Assembly: GCA_024137785.1 (NCBI GenBank)
Contig: JAHRHZ010000115.1
Location: 1,184,428-1,248,427 of the forward strand
DNA from: Ginglymostoma cirratum
Lineage: Eukaryota
Direction: 5' to 3'
DNA length: 64,000 bases
Below, in pieces: positions 54,349 through 64,000 of the stretch; the first letter of the stretch is position 1; every line of letters starts with the position of its first letter. Under the pieces are notes generated by a model, which saw nothing but the letters and a program-made list of their open reading frames with translations, ran no database searches and was not told the DNA's origin. Position numbers and translations under genes: made by a program.

Positions 54349-55843
54349 TTTTGAGTAGTAACTGAATCAGCAAGGTTTTCGTTTTGTTTGGAATATATCA
54401 GGACAGTTATTTGAAGGGAGATGACCATCCATGATCTTATTGTATGGTGGAACAAGCTCAAAACTTCGACTGACCTCCCATGTTCATAGTTCTTATATTC
54501 ACATAAGATTGACTGTGACTTCTTAACCACCTAAAATAAAGGAGGTGAACTGAAAATTACACTGATTTGAAATATATGATACAGCCTGCCCCTTTTTCTG
54601 ATGGAAATATGGAACCAGAAAATGGAAAAAAATCAAATAATGAACAGTTTCAATGAGGTGGATGTGGTGCCTCTTTCTTTTCAGGCTGAGTCTAGAACAA
54701 AGAGCAAGCACTCGCAGAAGAGAATATATGGGGAAGTATGTTTCTGCACAGAAATGCATGAACTTTTGGTTCTCATTGAGATGTAGAGGGAGTGGAGAAG
54801 AAAATTATTGGAGTAAGAAAATAATAATGAGAGAGAGGGCCATAAATGCAAATTTTCACCGTTGATAGATTGAGGGCTTCGACATAGCTTCGAAGAAACG
54901 CATGAATGTGTTGAAAAATCTGTCCTGAACCCAGAGATTGGTTTTAATGCAAAACTCACGCAAAAACACCCTCAGTGTACACTGGAATGATTCAGTGGAT
55001 GTTTTGTAGGGAACTGAAATTGTCAGAAATGCGAAAGAGGAAGTTCTCAGTGAGAAACAGTAAAACCACAGCGGAACCAGCAAAAACGGAAAACAAGCAA
55101 CAGCTAAGACCCTTTAAGAAATGTTCTCATGATAGTCACACCACAGCTTGGCAAAGTAAGTGTAGAAATAAAATGAAACTTTACATGAAACTAAAACTCA
55201 TGTAAAATCGAAGAAAAAGTAAACCCCGTTGCTGAACAGAAAGAGTTGAATAGAATGGAAGACAGGAAGAAGCTCCCGAGATGTGTTAAACAGACAGAGA
55301 AGCTGGATGTTTCATGATCGATTCTCATTGTCGCTGAATCCGAGCGTTCTGTTGGATTTTCCTATGGGCAGTGATGGAACAAAACAAGGTCACTCTCGTA
55401 TTATCAGTTTGGGAAATGGTTTTCCTATTGCTGTTTGAATGCCTCTTTCGGAATATCTTTCAACAAGAAAAAAAAACAGAAAGAGAAATTTCTGATCATA
55501 GAAACGGGCAACACGGAGGAATTTTATTCATATACGTTCCCACTATGGGAAGGCGTAATCTAATTAGTTCTAGAATCTTTGCTGTTTCCCCATAAGTTTA
55601 CGTACTTGACTTGCTCTATAATTTGCCAAGTTAAATGTTGAATGTTAGATCTTCCACAGTGAATCATGTTACAATAATCATCTGAGACGTTGAAAGTTAT
55701 AATAAGTATCACAGAAATATAATTAATCCTGAAATTTATGTGTTTCTGCTATATCTTTTGAACAGACAAATTCAGAAGAAAAATGCCCTGTAGATTCAGG
55801 TCACTGATCCCCCAAACTCTGCCTGTACACGACTTTATAGTCA

Positions 55844-56061
55844 ACTTTTTATACAGTTCTCTCCTTGTTCTAAATCACTGCGTCTGCAAGCCTACTATTT
55901 CAGGTTTTTGTAAAGGCCACTCCGGTCTCTATAACACTGTGAATGTAATCCTCATCATGTTCATGCTCTGTACAGCGCTTTCCATGCTCTGTATCATTGT
56001 GTCTGCAATACCACAATGTTCAGGTTTTTGTACCGCTGTCTCCGTCCTCTATATCGCTGTG
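55844..56061 (-). other. Tandem 23-RSS array A (4 units, 59-60-bp period) directly after the supporting V-delta
   Basis: RSS1 CACAGCG 56055-56061 / 23 / ACAAAAACC 56023-56031. RSS2 CACAATG 55995-56001 / 23 / ACAGAGCAT 55963-55971. RSS3 CACAGTG 55935-55941 / 23 / ACAAAAACC 55903-55911. RSS4 CGCAGTG 55876-55882 / 23 / ATAAAAAGT 55844-55852. Confidence 0.9.
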
Positions 56062-56371
56062 CGCCCTGAGCGCCGACTGAGTGCACAGTAATACACACCA
56101 GAATCATTCAGTTGTATTGCAGAGATCTTTAACTGGGTGATTTTCGCTGCAGGATCGATGGAGGCAGAAAGTCTTTCCGTGGCAGCATTTTCTTTCTTCC
56201 CTTCTCCTGAAGTATGTCCCTGAAGTAGGTATTTTGGCGCATGTGTTGTGGACTGACTGTACCAGTAAACTGCATACTGACAGAAGCCTGAATATTGACA
56301 GCTTAAAGCAACAGTGTCGCCAACAGCCGAGGTCTGTAAAGGTGGACTCTGGGAAACCGGCGAAATGGAAT
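56062..56371 (-). CDS. Supporting TCR-delta V segment of NAR-TCR (leaderless, extra CDR1 Cys)
   Basis: Acceptor gacag|AT, then DSISPVSQSPPLQTSAVGDTVALSCQYSGFCQYAVYWYSQ...ERLSASIDPAAKITQLKISAIQLNDSGVYYCALSRRSG. Open frame, 23-RSS, phase compatible with the NAR-TCR J donor. Confidence 0.93.
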
Positions 56372-57229
56372 CTGTCACATTTAGAAAAAAAAAGTTTATT
56401 GAGTATCCTTTGTTTCTTGAAAACATGTTAATGTTCTATACATCTCTGATAGTCAGGACTTATTCTTCATTTGGAGCAGTTTCGATATGTCTTCACAAGA
56501 ATTAGTAAAAAAAAAGCGCTGCGGCGATATGTAGAGATCATTTTTTTTGGAAAAGAGAATGCGAGTTGTTCTGATCAGGATCATATGACAGCATATACGA
56601 TGAAAGGGAATTGTTCAAAGTAACTCTGAAACGGGAATTTTGAAAAAAATTCTAACACGTTAAATAATTCTCAGAGCACTGGAAAATGTAAGGGTAATGA
56701 TCACAGTTTTAAAATAGTTTGGAAGAATCCGCTGGGACACTGTGGAGATTATGATAAAATTCTGCTGTTTAATTCTCTAATTTCTATTGAAGACCTACAC
56801 ATACATTGCTTCACAAAACACAAGCGTTGGAACTATTTCAGCAGTTAATTCTCCTTTTCTCAGAGACACAAACTTGGAGATTGTACCCGTTTTATGTATC
56901 AGGTTTTTAAATCATTTCTGAGACCAGGACGTAGCTGTCTGAGTCAGAGCTCATTTCTCACCCCTAGTTGCTCATTAGGTGGAGGTTGTAAGCCGCCTTC
57001 ATGAACAAGTGCAAACCATTGGGTGCCAAATACATCCAAAATGCCGTTAGGGAGTGATTTCCAGAATTTGACTCAGCGATAAAGACATATTTTCCAAGTC
57101 AGCATGGAGATTGACTTGGGGAGGAATTTGTAGTTCGTAGTTCTCCCACGTGTCCACTACTTTTGTTATATCACAGACTACAAGAAGATTCAATAGAATG
57201 TAACTCGATCCAAGCTGACAGTGGTCAAA

Positions 57230-58370
57230 TAATCGTAGAATAGAATTATAGAACGATCATAGAACAGAAGAAAGCCATTTGAACGACATATGCGTGCTGT
57301 CTATTGAAAGGAGAAACTCACATTTGTTGACTAACGGAAGTCTTGTGCAGCTTCACCCTACTTTTATGAACACTGTCATGACTGATAAAAAACAAGTATC
57401 TTGTATGCTTTCTTAACCACCATATTAAGTCCTGTTGTCTTCAGGGATCTGCGTACAAGCATTCCAAGATCCCTCTGTTCTTCTCAACTTCCCAACGTCC
57501 AGCCATCCACGAAGATTCTGTAGTCTCGTTACCATCTACCAAAGCTTACACAAAAAAAAAAACAACTTCGCAGGATGCAAGCATTGCTGATTAGACCAAT
57601 ATATCTTGCCCATTCCTCATTGCCCATAGTGGTGCAAAGTGTCAACCACGTTGCTGTGCGTCTGGAGTCACATGTAGGTCAGGCCAAGTAAGGACTGCAG
57701 ATTCACTTCCCTAAAGTACACTATCCAATTCAAATTCTATCTGCCTCTGAACTACCGATCTGACCAACTTATATGTTCCTGTAACTGAAGATATTCTGCC
57801 TGATGGGGACCCAGATCTGATCCCTGTGGTAAACCATTGGATATCGGCTTCTGCACACACAAATAGCTTTCCATTACCATTCGCTTACCAGTAAGCCAGC
57901 CTGGATCCAACTTGCCAAGTTATCCTGTATGAGATGTGTTTCCAGGTTCTTTCGCAGACTCCTGGGTGAGGCCTTATCAAAGGCTTTGCTGAAACCTATA
58001 TAAATTACATCAACTGCACTGTCCACATTTAGTCATTTGATCATCTTTTCAAATAATTCAATCTGTTTAATACGAACCGACTTAGACAAAATCATGCTGA
58101 TTATCACTGTTCAAACCTTGCTTATTAAAAAGAGAGCAATTCTCTCTATCAAAACATTCGCCATTCATTTCCTTGCCGCTGATGTAAAACTCACTGGTCT
58201 GCAACTTCCTGGTTTATTACTACCAGCCTTCTTCAAACTTGGAAACATATTCAACGCTCTCCAGTCATATGGAGCCACTTCTATGGCCAGAATGAAAGTA
58301 AAAGTTTGAGTCAACGCCGGTTTGATTACCTCCATCGTTTCTCATCGTAGTCTGGGTCAAAAATCATATG
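57230..58370 (-). mobile_element. Decayed CR1 LINE fragments within the J-to-supporting-V intron
   Basis: Reverse complement carries degenerate PGSCRPVSFTS, GFQQSL/AFDKA and PQGS motifs and a CR1-like tail (ttctatgatcgttctataattcta). Confidence 0.6.
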
Positions 58371-58514
58371 GATCTTGGATTTCTTCCCTGACTTCCTACT
58401 GTAATTGTTCCCTGATTTCTTACTGTAAGATTGAAGTGACCCGGCTCTCAAAAATAAACTGGCAATGGTCATTAATTGAGACAGTCTGTAACACATGCAT
58501 TTGGAGTCACTTAC

Positions 58515-58567
58515 CTGCTGTGATCGTCACTGCAGTTCCAGGTCCAATTACAGTATCATATACCCAA
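58515..58567 (-). CDS. NAR-TCR J segment
   Basis: WVYDTVIGPGTAVTITA + G|gtaagt, preceded by a 23-RSS: heptamer 58568-58574, 23-bp spacer, nonamer GCAAGAACA 58598-58606. Confidence 0.9.
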
Positions 58568-58947
58568 CACAGTGGCACTGTTGTCAGTAATACCAGTGCA
58601 AGAACAATTATTGGTATAAACTGCCAGCCTCATCTTAAAGACACTTGATTCTGCCTCCCATTTTTCAATGCATTTAGATCAATGAATATTGTTCCATATT
58701 TCCCTGATCCTATTGTTTCAAACTGTTATTTATGAGACTTTGAATCTTAGCAAGATGACCCAGCAATGTGGATCATAGGAGAGAGCTTCTTGGAAATGGA
58801 GAAAACCATCACAAAGAGAAGTCAGAAAAAAAAGTAAAAGAGTCAATACCGGGGAAACCAAAAGTAATGAATACATTTCACAATCAGGGAAAGCAAACGA
58901 TATGTTTCAATTACACTGCAATATTTGTTCAGGTCTCATCCACTGTG

Positions 58948-58962
58948 ATAGCCCAAATGGAA
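58948..58962 (-). CDS. NAR-TCR D segment (TTCCATTTGGGCTAT) flanked by 12-RSS on both sides
   Basis: 5' RSS: heptamer 58963-58969, 12 bp, nonamer ATTCAAACC 58982-58990. 3' RSS: CACAGTG 58941-58947, 12 bp, ACAAATATT 58920-58928. Open in all three frames (FHLGY / SIWA / PFGL). Confidence 0.88.
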
Positions 58963-59304
58963 CACAGTATTTCATTGCAACATTCAAACCCCAGGTATTG
59001 GTGAGATGTGCAGACAATAACTAAATGGCAGAGATTGTGTCTCCAGGTTCCAGTTCTTAGAATCGGATCCAGGTTTGTGGACTCTTAACTGTTTTCTTCA
59101 TTCCCAACGTTTACTCACAGACTCCAATCACAAGAAAAACAAGCAGCCTCTGCACAACCTTAGTATGTTCGAAATTGCAGATGATAACGCTAATCAAACA
59201 GTAACTTTAGAAATTAGACTGTGGCGCAGATGGTAAGAGACCGATTTAGTTTTTACCAGAATAGCATTACACTTTCATTTTTTTCAGTGAAAATCTGGAG
59301 AGTG

Positions 59305-59342
59305 TGTTTTTGTACTACTTGATATATTAGGCCTTCACTGTG
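59305..59342 (-). other. 22-bp-spacer RSS of the NAR-TCR V
   Basis: CACAGTG (59336-59342) + 22 bp + ACAAAAACA (59305-59313). Confidence 0.92.
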
Positions 59343-59811
59343 TCTATCATAGTAGTAACGTGCTTGACAGTAATAGGTGGCGATATCTTCAACTCTTACA
59401 TCCCGAATCTCCAGTGAAAAAGTCTTTTCTTCCTTATTCATCCGTACAACAAATCTCCCTCCGGTGGATATCGGCTCCCGGTCTGTCTTGGTCTGGGTTT
59501 GCCTGAGAAAATATCCATCTTCGAAATAATAACCCCAGTTGTTACCATAGTAAACACAGGTAATGGTGAGAGACTGACACTCCTTCTTGGTCACCGCTGT
59601 TGGGGATTGTGTCACTGACTGACTGAAATAACCTGGGAATTAAAAAGAGAGAGGTGAACGGATAATCAGAGCAAAGCAAAACTAAAAAGAGAGCGAACTC
59701 AGCGGCTATGTTCGTGGGATTGTTTACATTGAATCAAAACAAAGTGCTTTTGTTTCATCAATACTCACGAGGTAGCCACATATATAGAGTAAATATAACA
59801 AAGACTTCCAT
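59343..59811 (-). CDS. NAR-TCR V segment, IgNAR-like (leader exon 59769-59811, V exon 59343-59632)
   Basis: MEVFVIFTLYMWLPR|YFSQSVTQSPTAVTKKECQSLTITCVYYGNNWGYYFEDGYFLRQTQTKTDREPISTGGRFVVRMNKEEKTFSLEIRDVRVEDIATYYCQARYYYD. VNAR-type CDR2 deletion, extra FR1 Cys, gtgagt/cccag phase-1 intron. Confidence 0.93.
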
Positions 59812-62094
59812 GCTTCTGCCGCTTGGAACTAACGGTCTGTATGTCGGGCAGGTGGTTGGTGCAGCCAAGAACTATACAGGGAAAAGGACTTCCGAGCTGG
59901 ACAGAAATAACTGAAAGGATCGAACAGACCTCGACGTTGAAACTTCTGTGAGAGTATTGATGGGCAGCTTTGTTGATGGATCTCAGATCCGTGTCATGTC
60001 AATACTGAAAGTTTTAAAGAGGAATCACGCAGTGTTCTGTGAAAAAGATGTGAATTCCACCTCCAATTTACTCTGATGTCCATGGTTTCGGGGAGGGGCT
60101 TGTTGAATCAGTGAAGTCGCTTAATTTCCACTGCAGTAATGAATTGGGAAGTCGCTCCTTACACTTTTATTGGGTGTGGCGTGATCTGAAGGACGGCCCC
60201 TCAACTCAGCGTTTCTTCAAACCACAGGCAAAAGGAAACAAAATACATTGAGCATAAACTCTCTCATTTTCATTTTAGCCAATGTGTCTTGCATCCTTCC
60301 TCAATGCAGACTGCATTTAACACGCAGTTTCAACACGAGTAATGAATGAGTTCTGCCTTCCTATCATCCACAACTCAAAGTTGCAGAGACAGAGAATAAA
60401 ATGGCAAACGAAAAGACAATCGATATTTGGCTAACTTTTTTGAAAACAATGTCTATTCTTAGTGTTAGACTAAGCTTTGCCTCAGTTATTGTGACACTGG
60501 AACTGATACTATTACATTGATTTCTCTATCAAAGCTGATTCGTCACCATTGCACATATGATACTTTACATTGTATTGGGCTGCCAAAATGACAGTGCGTT
60601 ATGCCATATGTTTGTTTGCATTACACTGGTTACCACATTTTGCACACGACTATATCTCAGCTAATATCATCCTAGGTCGGGTCTTAATAGCAACTGCAGC
60701 ATAAACTGTGTCACTTTTCGTATTATTCAACCACTGTGGCTGTTCTGATTACAATGGGCTCTGCCTCAGTTATTACCACACTGGAGCATGGCTTTGTCTC
60801 TCTGCACCTGGTGCTATGATTCCTGATCCATATTTTAGTAATTTGTCCCCATGCCTCCATCCTTGTTTCAGACACATGAGTGTGTGCATCATCGGTTCCT
60901 TTGGTAGAAACCTCGTGTTTATTCTGAAACATTTTGCCATAATATCTGAAAATGTGGAGGAGGTTCAAGGTATGATGGCCTATTCCAGCTCGTAATTCGT
61001 TTGCTTACATATTTATTTTTGTTTCAAATACCCAGTAAAGTACAAGATTGTTGTTCATTTATCCCATGAGCGTAATACAGTTGATGGACACATTTAATGT
61101 TATAAATGAACTGAAAACCTCGGCGGCGGGAGCAACTAATTCAACAGCACGATTCTTTAGCTCTATTTCTGTATTTTTATCGGGGCCCAAAACTCTTGTG
61201 GCACCCAGTGCCTTCGTCCATTGATGCGATGTGGAGTAAATTGAATTGGCTGAGGCCCAGTACTTGTGATATCAGTGCAACTCCAGTAAAGAGCATCCAT
61301 CAGCTGCTCTGTGCCTGCAGCTATTATGTGGGAGAATAACAGTGCACATACTGCAGAGGCCGGTATTAGTTACTATTATGGTGTCTAATAATGTATAGTT
61401 GTGGGGATTGCTGATAGACTGTTCTGCCATTCAATAAGATCATGACTGGTCTGAATCCATAGGGAACGCCAAACCACTTCGTTCTTTATACCAAATCACA
61501 TTTGTAGATATTCTGCTGAAATGCTCGAGAATGAACTCAGAGTTTCTAATGAACGAACAGAGATGCATGATTGTTCATTTTACAATCCAAGAGTACTGGA
61601 GATCAGCGATGAACTAAATCTTTACGTTTAAGGTGTATATTCCACCATTTAATCTGTAGACGATACACTCATCAGTAATGTGCAGCACTGTTGGTGTCTC
61701 TCCACAATAATTTGTGCAGAGGCAACAGTGTGAATACTTGTGTGCAGGGACCCTGGCAGGCCTTGAAACCATAGCGAGGACCACTCTTTCCCTTTTCCAG
61801 CTGGAACCTGTCACAAGGAGCTCATTATTGACAGTCTGTCTTTTTTTTTAATGCCTCGATTCAAAGGATACTGCTGGTAGAGCATTCTCAGGAAGCTTGT
61901 TTCATACGGGACGCCAAGATGAGTAGTAAGCATTTGGAACATTGGGAATGACATTGTGCGGAAGAAAGCAACGTGCATCACAAATAGTTTCAAACTGCTT
62001 TTGAGTTCTCGTCCTTGCGCAATTGTGTGGTAAAGTGTTGTTTCCGACAAAAAGAAACCATAGGAGAATGTGAAATCGACGCTTCTCATTATGG

Positions 62095-62450
62095 TTTAGA
62101 TTTAAATTTTAGACTTAGATTTTATTGTCTCTTGTACTCGAGCACAGGAATTACAGGAGTACAGTGACAATTGTAAAAAATGGCCATTTTCAGGCGCCAT
62201 CTTAACCGAAATGAAAGATGATAAACAGAAACAGAAATATAAGAAATAATCAAAAGAACATGAATCGTCCAGATCACTGTCCCGCCTCTGCCATGAGACC
62301 TTGCAGCCAGAAATACAAAGCCCCAAAGTCCTTCCCTCAGGATGCGAACACTCAGGTGTCTGCACATCGCTGAGGCCAGAACGCCACCGCCTCTGTCTCA
62401 GTCATGGCCTGGAAAATCAAAGCTGCTGCTGCCGGAACCGCGTTGCCTTT
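62095..62450 (-). mobile_element. 3' end of a non-LTR element
   Basis: Reverse complement ends ...TCACTGTACTCCTG...GAGACAATAAAATCTAAGTCTAAAATTTAAATCTAA (polyA signal plus short-repeat tail). Confidence 0.45.
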
Positions 62451-64000
62451 CCTGCTACATTATCCTAAGTTCTTCAGCAGTCAATTGTACGTCAACAAGA
62501 TATCTTTGTAGTCTTCCACGAGAGAAAAAAAAAACAGCATTCTGCTGTTGAGTGTTATATGCTGAGTTCTGAGTTCCAGACTTCTAAGGAGGCAGCGTAC
62601 AACTTTGATCCAGTAAGTATGTTTACTAGTTTTTTTTTTCCATCTGGGTTTAATCTTTTATGACGTTTTTCTTCAGCTAGTCCAGGAAAGACAAGATCCT
62701 ACACAGAATCACTCTCAAATATCTATGGCTGGCGTTATGATTTAGTCTTTGACAATCGATGTTGATACACAATACATTTACAGCACAGGAATTTCACAGG
62801 CAGAATACAATGCACTTGGTTTCAAAGGAGCCCGATTAGGTGACATCACTTGTGGCAGCATGACACACAACGCTTCAAAGTCTTTGTTAAGGACCCTGAT
62901 CAGTGTGTTCCAAGATACTGCCACCACGGAGTCTCGTGGAGAACATTGGCCAGCCTTCACATCAAGATTCAAACTCTTAACAACTGCCTTCATTTCTGTC
63001 CGAAAGTTTCAAACCAAAACTGCATAAAATAGACTAATTATCTTCATGTAAGCTTCAACGCACCTCACAATCAAGTTTACCAATTTATCAGATCCTCCTT
63101 AGTGTGTTGGTTTTATATTAATTCCTGTAAAGCTTTAGACTGAAGTGCAATTCCCTTCCGGGGTTGAGTTGTTATCCAAATGGAGGTCCGCCCTTAAAAG
63201 AAAATGCTAGTTTGGATTTGAGCACATCAACTTTAAGCCAAGCTAGAGATAACTTGCTGCAGAGTGCATGTGGCCATGCAAGAATTAATGTGGTTCTTGG
63301 TGGACAAAACTATGCTGATATGAAATTGTACATACACGTTGTACCAGTTTTTATTCTAACATATATTGACAGATGTGATTGTGTAAAATTGGACGTGTTT
63401 ATTCTACGGCTAACATTACGGAACTGTCACATTGGATGTTTCGGCACACACCTGGCCAAATAAGTTTTTGGTTAATCGGTGAAGACTGGGTTCATGCAGC
63501 CTAAGTGTAATACTTCGAGGGCCCTATCGAAGATTTTGATTCAAAAATTGATTTACTGGTTCTCAATAACACACCACACTTGGCAAGTGATCAAACAGAC
63601 GTAATTGTTGTCTGGAGTTAGAAGATAGTTAGAAGAAAATTTATATTGCTCAGACTGGCCAAAAATCCAGTTAACTACATTTCTTTAATGTGAAGATATT
63701 CAGCAAGGGAACTTCTACACCTGGCCACTTCATATTGGAGCAATGTCTTAGCACATATTAAACAATCCATTCCATCTCATTAGGAATGTCAGTCGAATAG
63801 CAGCTGCACTGATCTGTTTTGCTTCAAGAAGTGTAGTCGATGTAAACTTTCAGAAATCTAGTTATCTCCCTGCAGACTTACCACCAGCTATAAAGGTAAT
63901 CATTTAGCCGTGAAGTGAATAATAAACTGCAGTTCGAGCTAGAAATGCATGGAATACCGAAAGGTCTGGTGTTTTCAATTTACTATCCCATCCTTGCAAT

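Noticed and set aside
55995-56018. D-like element cattgtg-10 nt-cacaatg inside array A
   Set aside because: The plus-strand heptamer has no nonamer at 12 or 23 bp.
55844-56061. CRISPR-like interpretation of the periodic repeat
   Set aside because: Vertebrate DNA; the units are heptamer-23-nonamer RSSs and no cas genes are present.
62749-63900. Short ORFs, possibly a decayed Penelope RT
   Set aside because: No unambiguous catalytic motifs; not supportable without a search.

Overview
Eukaryotic genomic DNA from a cartilaginous fish. The repeat families (HE1-type SINE, CR1/HER1 LINEs, Penelope, Gmr1-like Gypsy) look elasmobranch, probably a carpet shark; the species is inferred, not shown. The window lies in the V-segment region of the T-cell receptor alpha/delta locus. 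On the minus strand it holds an apparently intact NAR-TCR cassette: leader + IgNAR-like V with 22-RSS, one D with 12/12 RSS, a J with 23-RSS, and a leaderless 'supporting' TCR-delta V with a CDR1 cysteine. It also holds one intact conventional TCR V (32285-32720), at least four clear V pseudogenes (one inverted, one whose RSS is split by a young CR1 LINE), several heavily decayed V relics, a two-exon GPR139-like GPCR pseudogene, C2H2 zinc-finger and tRNA pseudogenes, many retroelement fragments and a 165-N gap. The most unusual signal is two paralogous arrays of head-to-tail 23/22-bp-spacer RSSs with ~60-bp period (55844-56061 and ~11705-11868). Their extra RSSs have no coding segment of their own. 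They could be deltaRec/Kde-like deleting elements, decoys or serial-editing sites; that role is inference.
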